Assembly (NCBI GenBank): GCA_021781215.1 | Contig: JAJXXC010000007.1 | Span: 1-52,387, forward strand | Source: a bacterium | GTDB taxonomy: Bacteria; Patescibacteriota; Saccharimonadia; Saccharimonadales; DATKHC01 | Length of the DNA stretch: 52,387 bases | Direction: 5' to 3' | Shown here: positions 19,851 to 28,594 of the stretch, piece by piece | Numbering within the stretch: the first letter of the stretch is position 1 | How the letters are laid out: the number at the start of each line of letters is the position of its first letter | Position numbers and translations under genes: made by a program | Notes under the pieces: generated by a model | Database searches by the model: none | What the model was told of the DNA's origin: nothing | Seen by the model: the letters and a program-made list of their open reading frames with translations, nothing else

Positions 19851-20102
19851 AATAAATAGCGTACCCAATTTAATAATAAATTTGCAAGCATTAGAACATT
19901 GCTTATCTTTGTTTGATTTAAAGTTGGTGGCCTAGACGCTAAGCCAAGACGATTTTTAACTAATTAACTAAACTTTTACTTTTTAGCCTAATTTTTAGTT
20001 AAAAAGCACTCATCTGTTGTAAGGTTTGAGTTTACTTTCTCCTATGTCTGTTAACTATATATAGTTAGAGAAAGTTGCACTTCGAGATTAAAAGTAGGCG
20101 TT

Positions 20103-20846
20103 TTAAAGAGCTCGATCAGCGATTTTTAAAGCAAGCTTTTGTCTTTTTTTATTCATTTTCTTTGGAGATGCTATTACACTGATTCCAAGAGCTGCTACTC
20201 CACCCAATAATGCTTTCTTTTTGGCCTGGAGTCGTTGTTTTGTAGTTAAGTTAGGGTTACTAGTATCTAACATTGGCGATTCTGATGCAAAGGCCAATGC
20301 CACGGCTTTAGCACCAATAATTAGCCCAATTTTACGATCTCCAAATAATGTTTCCGCCATGCTAGCTCGGCGTGATGCATTGATGGCATATTGGTCTATT
20401 TTTCGGTTTAATCCATTCGCTTTTGCACGTGCTTTTTGTAAATCTGACCAGGTTAATCTCATACTATCCAAAAAGCTCAGGTCATCAACAGTTTGACCAG
20501 CTTGTTTTGCATGTATTGCTTTACGTAATCCATTTACAGCTACATACATAGCACTAACCGAGCGTTCTCTATAAGCTTCACGATTTGGATCATCCATACT
20601 CTTAACTAATCCATCATGAATATTAAATGCTTCGTCAGCCCATTGCTCAGCTTCTTCAGTTTTACCAAGACGATCATAGCGAGCACTATTGTCTCGAGCG
20701 GCTCTGCCTTTTTCAGATGAGTTATCTGGAGCCATTTCATAGGCTTCATTGCTAAGTGCCAATGCAGCTTCATAATCTCCTAGATTATGTTGTATTACAG
20801 CTTCTCTCATTAGTTCTTCAAAATTCGTTTTATTGAATTCATTCAT
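20103..20846 (-). CDS. TPR-like helical hypothetical protein
   Basis: LGDYEAALALSNEAYEMAP and RLGKTEEAEQWADEAFNI are TPR-like; likely start is the ATG at 20846. Confidence 0.7.
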   Translation of the reverse strand: MNEFNKTNFEELMREAVIQHNLGDYEAALALSNEAYEMAPDNSSEKGRAARDNSARYDRLGKTEEAEQWADEAFNIHDGLVKSMDDPNREAYRERSVSAMYVAVNGLRKAIHAKQAGQTVDDLSFLDSMRLTWSDLQKARAKANGLNRKIDQYAINASRRASMAETLFGDRKIGLIIGAKAVALAFASESPMLDTSNPNLTTKQRLQAKKKALLGGVAALGISVIASPKKMNKKRQKLALKIADRAL

Positions 20847-20898
20847 AAACAATATAATAACATATAATAGGCTATAGTACAAGATTTACGTATGGCAA

Positions 20899-21204
20899 TT
20901 ATATACTGCATAGGTTTACATACATATGGAAACTATCTAATCGTTGATACTCATTGAGCTTTAACCATTTCACTTTCCATCTATAAATAGTCGATCTATG
21001 GACTCCACGCTTGTTAGCAACTACCTGAAGGGGTAAACCTTCATTAATTAGTAGTTTTAACCCAAGAGCTCTCGCTCTAGGTAGGTTAGGGTTGATAGAA
21101 TAAGCCATGGTAGGCTCCTTTCTTGTAATTATTAGTAGTAACTACAGTTTAGGACCTACCTTTTTAGGTTGCAAAGGTGGTGAGTTAATACGTGGATATT
21201 TACA
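20899..21204 (-). mobile_element. truncated IS remnant (IS481-like): left end plus N-terminal HTH of the transposase
   Basis: Minus-strand end TGTAAATATCCACG at 21204 and AAGGAG RBS. ORF 20899-21108 (MAYSINPNLPRARA...VANKRGVHRSTIYRW) carries an HTH but stops after 69 aa with no DDE domain. Confidence 0.7.
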
Positions 21205-21235
21205 AACCTTACAAAATATGGTATATATATATTAT

Positions 21236-23053
21236 ATGGTTAGATCAAATACTTACCCCTATCCACCAAGACCTGGCACCAATTTACAAAATCTTGAATT
21301 TAATGATAGTTCATATAGTTTAGATGAGCGACTTAATGATGTTATTGAATTCGAACATCAGCTGTATAATGCCAGCCTAAATCCTGATGACTTCCCTGTT
21401 GCTGAGCTATACAAAGAAAAATCAAAGTCAGCTGGAGTAGAAGTCAGTCCTGTTGAAGAAATTTGGAAATTAAAGACAAACAGTACGGATTTTGGGGTTA
21501 ATTATTTTCTTACTTCCCAAGGGAAACAAGCTCTCGAACATGCTACGGGCATAACTATCGACTATTATGATGAAGAAAGCTGTGCTAGCTTTATTGCAGC
21601 TTTGGATACTTCTAATATCGAATCTGAGCAACTAGATAAACTTGAAGCAAATAGCATCGGGTTTGAAGAAAAAATGCTATCCAGAGAATTTATAGACAAT
21701 GGTTTTAAGGGCGATAGCTTAGCTTCTCCTGGTATAGTGACCGTTTATAAGAATCCATCGGTGTTACTAGATAAAGTTCGAGGCTATAAAAAAATTAAGG
21801 GTTATATCGTTTCTGTTATCGAAGACCTAAATGCACTTAATGGGGGTGACGACGACGTAGTTAAGGCAAAACTATTTTTGGCAGATTTATACAGACAAAA
21901 GATAAATGTTTTAATTGCAGATAACTATATCTCATCCTATAAATTGGCATACCAATCACATCTAAGTAAAAAACATATTCATGAAGATATCTTAAAGGCT
22001 TTAGAAAAAGAATTACCTGCTATGTTTACTAATAGAGATGACATTGGTTCTGCTAATTTTATGCAACGGATCGATAGATTTAGGCATGGAGTAGCTCGAA
22101 ATGAGGATAATAGTTTAACTTGGCTTAGCAGTGAGGCTAAACATCTCGCAACAGAAGCTAGCCAAGAAGATGGCGGCGAGATATCCGTAGACAGAGGTCT
22201 TTATGCTGACATCGATCCGGATACCTTAGAGAATAAGATTATAGATAGTGAAACTTTTGGTAATTGGATAAAGACTGTTCTTGCAGACTATGGATTATTG
22301 TCTGAATACGATGAATGGAGCAGCGAAAGAACGACGCCAGCTTTTGATGGTAAGTGGCAAGTAATTGTCAGCGATAAGTTCAAGAGCCTAGCTGTTAACG
22401 ATAAACAAAGAATTATAAAAGTTCCCAGTAAGTCCGTTGCTGTACTTAAGGCCCTAACTCTAGCGAACCATGAAATTGCCCATGTTGTTCAACATGAGAA
22501 TAAACGTGCTATAAGTAGTTTGGCAATACTCGAGAGAATTGGCGTAGACAATGCATCATATCAATCTGAGTCGGGTGGAATATGGCAGGAACAGGTGGCT
22601 AATGAGATACTACGAGGTACTATAGATACTGATGTAGCCGGAACTGGCTATTATCAGGCATTACTGGTAAAAGATAGTGGTGGTTCTTTCGGGGAATGCG
22701 TTCAAGCGTATTTTGAAGACTTGACTAAAAGAAATCCTGATTTAAAGATTAATGAAGCCGTTGATCAGGCGGTAAATCGAGCGAGAAGGATTTTTAGATT
22801 TGGTGGCTTGCAGTTCGCACAAGACATGCCACTAGTAACTAATACACAGCCGTTAAATTATCTTGAACAAAGATTGGTTTATCAGGCTCTTCGAGAAGAT
22901 CAGAGAAAATTATTATTTATTGGTGGTATTGCAATTCATAATTTGGTGCAGATGAGTGAGCTAGGTTTAGTCGATCTATCAAAAATATTTATACCCGAGA
23001 AAATGCCCATCGAAGTATTATTCCCTCAAGTAATGGCAGAACTTTTAAAATAA
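21236..23053 (+). CDS. large hypothetical protein with zincin HExxH motif (putative gluzincin metallopeptidase)
   Basis: ANHEIAHVVQHEN followed ~25 aa later by QSESGG. The ORF-track start at 21107 lies inside the IS remnant; the ATG at 21236 follows a promoter. Confidence 0.7.
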   Translation: MVRSNTYPYPPRPGTNLQNLEFNDSSYSLDERLNDVIEFEHQLYNASLNPDDFPVAELYKEKSKSAGVEVSPVEEIWKLKTNSTDFGVNYFLTSQGKQALEHATGITIDYYDEESCASFIAALDTSNIESEQLDKLEANSIGFEEKMLSREFIDNGFKGDSLASPGIVTVYKNPSVLLDKVRGYKKIKGYIVSVIEDLNALNGGDDDVVKAKLFLADLYRQKINVLIADNYISSYKLAYQSHLSKKHIHEDILKALEKELPAMFTNRDDIGSANFMQRIDRFRHGVARNEDNSLTWLSSEAKHLATEASQEDGGEISVDRGLYADIDPDTLENKIIDSETFGNWIKTVLADYGLLSEYDEWSSERTTPAFDGKWQVIVSDKFKSLAVNDKQRIIKVPSKSVAVLKALTLANHEIAHVVQHENKRAISSLAILERIGVDNASYQSESGGIWQEQVANEILRGTIDTDVAGTGYYQALLVKDSGGSFGECVQAYFEDLTKRNPDLKINEAVDQAVNRARRIFRFGGLQFAQDMPLVTNTQPLNYLEQRLVYQALREDQRKLLFIGGIAIHNLVQMSELGLVDLSKIFIPEKMPIEVLFPQVMAELLK

Positions 23054-23087
23054 ATCTTAAAATTGGAAATATGGTATATATATGATA

Positions 23088-23621
23088 ATGAATGAAACCG
23101 AACCCAATGGCGAGATGTATGTCGTTCAGTTGAAAACCTTAATGCCTGAACGAGTTGTGAATTTATTAGGTGAAGCATGCCTTCAAGGTTTTAGTGATTT
23201 AGAAATTTACAAATTAAAGCCAGAATCCCTCGCCGATTATGTACATAAATCACCAGAGGCAATAAAGTATAACCCAGAGCTAGTAAGCTATACGTGGGAT
23301 TACGAATCAGAAAGTATCGTATCGATTATTACAGACGATAAATTAATTTCATTTGCCCTAACTCATAATCTTGCTAGTAAAAAATTATGTAATCACCTAA
23401 TAAATGCTCTCTATCATGATGCCCAAAAGTCGCATCTGGAACGGACATTTTCACCAATGTACCATTACCCTTCTAGTGCTAAAGTAGCTTTAAGAGCCGA
23501 CCTGCTCCCGGAATTAAATCGCAGAATTGAGGATGGGGATATTTTTATATACAGAGCAGGTGCAAAATCTAAACAGTTATTAAACGAAATTGAACGTGCA
23601 TTAATTCTCGTAAATCCTTAG
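23088..23621 (+). CDS. hypothetical protein (~177 aa)
   Basis: ORF with the same 17-nt promoter sequence as the preceding gene; the start could be 23082 or 23088. Confidence 0.7.
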   Translation: MNETEPNGEMYVVQLKTLMPERVVNLLGEACLQGFSDLEIYKLKPESLADYVHKSPEAIKYNPELVSYTWDYESESIVSIITDDKLISFALTHNLASKKLCNHLINALYHDAQKSHLERTFSPMYHYPSSAKVALRADLLPELNRRIEDGDIFIYRAGAKSKQLLNEIERALILVNP

Positions 23622-23730
23622 TTTGATGATGGCCCTTATTTAATTTTTATAAATAAAGTAAGAGTAGATTTTTTAGTCTTTAAAATAGATTGTGGCTTAC
23701 TCATATTCGAAGTAGTTTTAGACTAGCGTC

Positions 23731-24351
23731 TTAAAGTTTGGTTAAGACACTCTTTACGGTAGGTGCCTGCATTCTGACCTGTCGAGCTGTTCGAGTATTC
23801 GGTCCAAATATTGGGACTTCTCTTTCTCCAGTAGACACAAAGCCTAATTTTTCGGCTACTTGACCCATAAATGCTGGATCTTCATCGGGCCACATATATC
23901 CAGTAACTGGCTGACGATCAACTGCATCTTCGAGCAATACTCGTCCTATTTCCTTGGCGACTCCGTGTTTCATAAATTCAGGTTTGACGACTATTTCTCT
24001 GAGCCATAAGTAATTCTTAACTACAGAAAGTCTTTTGGCTTCCCTTATTATTTCATTGCGTCCGGATGTATTATCCGCAGCATACCCCCAACCAGCTAAT
24101 TCACGGCCTATAAATACTCGTGCAACCCGAAGTTTCGAGTAAGATTGATCAGAGTCGAACCTTTTACCGCCCTCATTTTTTGGATCTATATGTGATTCGT
24201 AGTAAGCTTTAGGATTATCTCCATTAATTAAATACTCAATCTCAGCCGGAGTCCTATTGGGTAAAGACGCTGTATATGCTTCTCTGGCAATATCTTGATT
24301 TAACACCCAGTCGCTTGGACTCAAATCTGAAGGTTTAGAAAGCTCAACCAT
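23731..24351 (-). CDS. GNAT-fold acetyltransferase-like protein
   Basis: YLWLREIVVKPEFMKHGVAKEI resembles GNAT motif A; AEKLGF resembles motif B. Confidence 0.7.
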   Translation of the reverse strand: MVELSKPSDLSPSDWVLNQDIAREAYTASLPNRTPAEIEYLINGDNPKAYYESHIDPKNEGGKRFDSDQSYSKLRVARVFIGRELAGWGYAADNTSGRNEIIREAKRLSVVKNYLWLREIVVKPEFMKHGVAKEIGRVLLEDAVDRQPVTGYMWPDEDPAFMGQVAEKLGFVSTGEREVPIFGPNTRTARQVRMQAPTVKSVLTKL

Positions 24352-24438
24352 AGTGTTTCCTATTTATGAGAGTTATTATATCATATTACGCAAGTAAATC
24401 AAAATATATGATAAAAAATATGGATAGGTAGTTAACTT

Positions 24439-25029
24439 TTATTTTACTGCAGGCTTAAGAATATCTGAAAGATTTTTATCCTGCCATCCGATGATTCTTG
24501 GTTGCCCAATTTTATCTCTGTTATATGGTTGATCGAATATAATATGTTTCCATGATGCAGCGTCAGAATTCATTATTTCAGGTCTGTCGTCAATTAACAC
24601 AATGCCATCAGACAGATGCTTATCAGAGGTGATAATTGCCTGGTCGACTACCCGTTCTCCAAATACTGGCACAAAATGTTTTTTCAGCCAATTTAATTTC
24701 TCAATTTTGCTATAAGGATTTGATCTAATCGGTGCGCTACATATTATTGGATGGAATTTTAAATCCAGTAATCTCTGCCAACCTTCAAGCGCGTCCTCTA
24801 TTAACGGTAATGACTCAAAAAAACCTTGTTCATCAGATATAGCTCTAATTTTTAAACTATGTTTTGGATAGTCATCGGATATATAAAAATTTTCTCGAGT
24901 ATCCAATATTGGTATGTCTGGGTGCTTTATCGCGAGACGGTTTTTAACTTCCTGATCAAAATCAGCGAGCACTCCGTCCATATCCACCAATATTATTGGC
25001 GCCGTATCGATAAAAAAATCTTGACTCAT
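24439..25029 (-). CDS. 5'(3')-deoxyribonucleotidase (NT5C, HAD superfamily)
   Basis: ILVDMDGVLADF, GFFESLP, EKLNWLKKHF, LIDDRP and FDQPYN. Confidence 0.92.
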   Translation of the reverse strand: MSQDFFIDTAPIILVDMDGVLADFDQEVKNRLAIKHPDIPILDTRENFYISDDYPKHSLKIRAISDEQGFFESLPLIEDALEGWQRLLDLKFHPIICSAPIRSNPYSKIEKLNWLKKHFVPVFGERVVDQAIITSDKHLSDGIVLIDDRPEIMNSDAASWKHIIFDQPYNRDKIGQPRIIGWQDKNLSDILKPAVK

Positions 25030-25086
25030 ATTTTGATGTTACCTAAACATTTGGCTTACGTAAAGTGATAGTTTAGGCAGAGTGTT

Positions 25087-25335
25087 TTAGCGATGGATGC
25101 AGCCGGCCCAACAGCATGGGCGTCGTTTGCCTTCCATGAGTTCGGTGATTACTCGTTCAATATGATTCTTTCTTGTTTCCATTTTTTTAGTAGTTATAAC
25201 CCAGCAAATCCATTCATTGCGTGCAAGCGGCGTGAGGTCTTCCCACCTTTCTAGTGCAGATTCATCAGAAATTAAGGCTTCATATAAATCTTCCGGTACC
25301 TTATGCACAACTCCTGTAGAGATTTTTCTTGGCAT
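25087..25335 (-). CDS. YdeI/OmpD-associated family protein
   Basis: VPEDL...WEDLTPLARNEWICWV...KKMETR...GKRRPCCWAGC. Confidence 0.85.
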   Translation of the reverse strand: MPRKISTGVVHKVPEDLYEALISDESALERWEDLTPLARNEWICWVITTKKMETRKNHIERVITELMEGKRRPCCWAGCIHR

Positions 25336-25451
25336 GGTTTTATACTACATCAATACCTATTTTTTACCCAATGAAGACGAATTAAAATATATCTTCATTA
25401 TTATAAAAACCTATGTTGCCGGATTCTTGGCCTTTAGGATAAGATATATTG

Positions 25452-25844
25452 ATGAGAAATGGCGCATTCGCAGTAGTAATAAATAGCAAAAATCAAGTTT
25501 TATTAGTTCGTTCATCAACCACTAAGGAGTATGTAGATTACTGGTCCTTTCCTGGGGGTGTAGTCGAGCCAGATGAACATGCAAAAGTCGGTGCTGCAAG
25601 AGAGGTATTTGAAGAAGTTGGAATTGAGTGCCTGATCGAAGAGCTGATTGATGAATCAGTCAATAATGACAAAAACATTCTAATAAGTATCTTTAGGGCT
25701 AAATATATAAGTGGTGACATCCTGTTGCAGGAAGATGAAATAGTTGATGCTAGGTGGTTTAGCATAGAGGATGGTGTCAATTTACCCCTAGCCTTTAACT
25801 GCCGTAATATTTTGTTGTCTATACAGTCTGATTTGGTTATATAG
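25452..25844 (+). CDS. NUDIX hydrolase
   Basis: Nudix box PGGVVEPDEHAKVGAAREVFEEVG. Confidence 0.92.
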   Translation: MRNGAFAVVINSKNQVLLVRSSTTKEYVDYWSFPGGVVEPDEHAKVGAAREVFEEVGIECLIEELIDESVNNDKNILISIFRAKYISGDILLQEDEIVDARWFSIEDGVNLPLAFNCRNILLSIQSDLVI

Positions 25845-25919
25845 ATAAATATTAAAAAGAATTAATTAAAATATCGTCAAACTATAAATATTTTTTATTT
25901 TGGTATTATACATAATGCA

Positions 25920-26351
25920 ATGTCAAAAATAATCCAAAAATATTCAGCAGGCGGTGTAGTTTATTCTGATGGTATGGTTTTGGTCATAAAAGTAATACCC
26001 GAGAATGAAGTTATCTTTCCAAAAGGTACGATTGAGGACGGAGAAACTGCTGAAGATGCTGCAACCAGAGAAGTATATGAAGAAACTGGCTATCAAACCA
26101 GGATAATAGCTTCGCTAGGAACAGAATACTATGAATATCATGAGGATGATAATCATTATGGTAAAACGGTCCATCATTACTTGATGGAGCTTATAGATAA
26201 AACTACCAAACCTACTCCACATCGCGAAGAGGGTGAGAATTTTGAAAACTTGTGGTTGCCCGTCAAAGAAGCGTCGGACGCTCTTACATTTGAACCTAGC
26301 AAAAAAACTTTAATAAAAGCGATGGGAGTTATAAACGTCATAGGAGCATAG
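25920..26351 (+). CDS. NUDIX hydrolase (Ap4A-hydrolase-like)
   Basis: SAGGVV and FPKGTIEDGETAEDAATREVYEETG. Confidence 0.92.
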   Translation: MSKIIQKYSAGGVVYSDGMVLVIKVIPENEVIFPKGTIEDGETAEDAATREVYEETGYQTRIIASLGTEYYEYHEDDNHYGKTVHHYLMELIDKTTKPTPHREEGENFENLWLPVKEASDALTFEPSKKTLIKAMGVINVIGA

Positions 26352-26409
26352 GCTTATATGCAAGCTAAAAAGTTTATGCCAATCTATCCAGTGTCGTTAT
26401 ACTTAATTC

Positions 26410-27183
26410 ATGTCAACGGATAAACGTTCTATTGAATGGTATAACCAAAATTCTGAACGATATACTAAACACGTTCGCGATCCTAATGATTCAATCTTTC
26501 ATTCACAATATGAAAAACCGGCTATGTATAATGCGTTACCAAAACTGAATGGAATGGCTGTTTTAAGTTTAGGCTGTGGCAGTGGCGAAGACTGTCTCTA
26601 TTTATTTAAATGTGGAGCCAAAAAGGTTATCGGAATAGACATATCAAGTGAAATGATTAAAATTGCCAAGAGTAGTTATCCTGAGTGTGATTTTAAAGAA
26701 ATGGATATGGAAAAATTGGATTTTGAAGATTCAAGTTTTGATTTTGTATATTCAAGCTTAGCTATTCATTACCTTGAAGATTGGACAAAAGTATTTAGTG
26801 AAGTATATAGAGTGCTAAAACCAAATTCGTATTTTCTGTTTTCCTGCAATCATCCAGTCTCATCAGCTATGGAACTGGTTAAGGACAATAAAGATTTTTC
26901 AATTAGAGAATTATCCAGGACAAAGTATCGCAAGATTAACAAAGTTGATATTGTTGGAAATTATATGGACAGGAAATCATCCTTTGGCCAGGGCAATATG
27001 GATGTTACAACGTGGCATAAATCTTTTGGAGAAATTAGTATGGAGGCTGCTAGCGCAGGATTTTTTATAGCAAATATTATAGAACCACTGCCCTTGCCTA
27101 GCATGAAAGAGCTATCTCCAACATCATATCAGTCTATGATGAAAATTCCAGATTTTTTGATCTTAAAACTTTTAAAACCATAA
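26410..27183 (+). CDS. class I SAM-dependent methyltransferase
   Basis: VLSLGCGSG, GIDISSEMI, FDFVYSSLAIHY and RVLKP. Confidence 0.92.
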   Translation: MSTDKRSIEWYNQNSERYTKHVRDPNDSIFHSQYEKPAMYNALPKLNGMAVLSLGCGSGEDCLYLFKCGAKKVIGIDISSEMIKIAKSSYPECDFKEMDMEKLDFEDSSFDFVYSSLAIHYLEDWTKVFSEVYRVLKPNSYFLFSCNHPVSSAMELVKDNKDFSIRELSRTKYRKINKVDIVGNYMDRKSSFGQGNMDVTTWHKSFGEISMEAASAGFFIANIIEPLPLPSMKELSPTSYQSMMKIPDFLILKLLKP

Positions 27184-27198
27184 AGGTATAGTTTTAAA

Positions 27199-27828
27199 TC
27201 AGCATTTAGCCGTACTAAATACATTCGGATCACCTTCAGGGCGTGATCTTTTTAGTTCATAGAAACTTTTGTTAGTTGCGAGTAGCGAAAGGCCATCCCA
27301 CAATTTTAGTGACTCCTCTAGGTTGGGTAGCTCTTGAAGGACAGGCCCAAAGTAGCCATTTTTACTGCCATCATCTAAGACGAAAATAATTGTTGGCACG
27401 CCAATATCTTGACCGCAAATATCGGTTGCAGTTTTGATTGAGGCGCGTAATTGTTTGTCATAATTTTTGTCATCGGCTGCGTCTAATAATTTTGCGGGTA
27501 ACTTATGTTTTACTAGAACTTTAGCAATCATCTCGTCGTTGAATTCCATTCCAGCTACGTGATGTTGTATGCCGAAGTCAGTATATAAATCAATTATAGA
27601 TGCGTCATTGTCCTGTGCGGCTAAGATGACACGTAATACCCTGATCGAACTTCGAGCTAGGATGGCGTATTTTGACTTGTCACTAGTATCAAGCTGATTA
27701 TTTTTAATAGCAAGAGAAAACGGGCGCCAGCTAATATTTATATCACGGTGTTCGCTGACCATTAGTAGCCAACGGCTGGTGATCCAACAAAACGGACAAC
27801 CTGGATCAAAATAAAATTCTATATTCAT
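27199..27828 (-). CDS. DsbA-fold protein, Rv2466c (mycothiol-dependent reductase)-like
   Basis: FYFDPGCPFCWITSRWL, DIGVPTI, GYFGPVL and FYELKRSR match the Rv2466c-type pattern. Confidence 0.8.
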   Translation of the reverse strand: MNIEFYFDPGCPFCWITSRWLLMVSEHRDINISWRPFSLAIKNNQLDTSDKSKYAILARSSIRVLRVILAAQDNDASIIDLYTDFGIQHHVAGMEFNDEMIAKVLVKHKLPAKLLDAADDKNYDKQLRASIKTATDICGQDIGVPTIIFVLDDGSKNGYFGPVLQELPNLEESLKLWDGLSLLATNKSFYELKRSRPEGDPNVFSTAKC

Positions 27829-27922
27829 TCTTCTAGTGTAGTCCCCAAGAAGTCAATGTTGCAAGTTCTAAAGATGTCTTACGGACTATAAGATTTAATG
27901 TTTTGACCGGCCGACGTGTCTT

Positions 27923-28501
27923 CTACTCTTTTGATTTATGTTTTCTTGAGTTATATATTCTAATAATTCTTTGAATATTAAATAAGGCTATCAATCCGAT
28001 AATTGATATTATTTCAAAAGCGATCATCCAAATTGAGGTTAATCCAGTTTCCCAAAGTGCGCTAACCGTAGATATGGTTAGATGCATTAAGGCTAAATAT
28101 AGGCTCAGTGAAAAAATTCTACCAACAAAAAATGCCGCCCCTAGTAATGGCATCGGAATCTCTAATAATCCGGCAGCTTCAAATAGTTGAGCTGATGGTA
28201 GCGGAGATAAAACGAATAGCCCGATTATTGCCCACATACTCTTTTGCTTTCTATCGAGAATTTTTTGTGCCCGTTCAATATTTAATCTATACCGTTTGGG
28301 GATATGTATTTTCAGGCGTCTGGTAATCTTAGCTAGCAGTAATCTGCCTAGTGTTGTAGTCAGGGCTGTAATTAGTACTACTAATACTGGAGAGAGGCCA
28401 AATTGTTGCCTAAAGTAAACAGCAAATACCCAGGAAGGTGGTCCAAAAGCAGGTATAACTCCCGCTATAAATACAACCAATGCCAAAACTAGGTAGTGCA
28501 T
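27923..28501 (-). CDS. membrane protein (DedA/VTT-like)
   Basis: Several TM helices, IPAFGPPSW, LSPLPSAQLFEAAGL and FFVGR. Confidence 0.7.
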   Translation of the reverse strand: MHYLVLALVVFIAGVIPAFGPPSWVFAVYFRQQFGLSPVLVVLITALTTTLGRLLLAKITRRLKIHIPKRYRLNIERAQKILDRKQKSMWAIIGLFVLSPLPSAQLFEAAGLLEIPMPLLGAAFFVGRIFSLSLYLALMHLTISTVSALWETGLTSIWMIAFEIISIIGLIALFNIQRIIRIYNSRKHKSKE

Positions 28502-28594
28502 AATAGGTATTATATAGCTACAGCGGTAATCACGGCCTAATTAGATCATTAATCTATCGGGCAATGGGGTAATAGTATTGGTAATAACAGCGTG

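Noticed and set aside
19579..19935. 118-aa + strand ORF overlapping the 86-aa minus-strand ORF
   Set aside because: The minus-strand ORF has a positioned promoter that shares a motif with other orphan genes; the + ORF runs through that promoter. The choice is not certain.
20875..20893. Possible right inverted repeat of the IS remnant (TAGTACAAGATTTACGTAT)
   Set aside because: Only a gapped, partial match to the left end TGTAAATATCCACGTAT, with no target duplication visible.
21107..21235. 43-aa N-terminal extension of the zincin-like ORF in the ORF track
   Set aside because: It lies within the IS left end and promoter; the ATG at 21236 is the better start.
15916..27201. Alternative genetic code 25 (TGA = Gly) as in Gracilibacteria/Absconditabacteria
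   Set aside because: Conserved genes are full length under code 11, and xth and the DsbA-like gene end at TGA at their expected C-termini.
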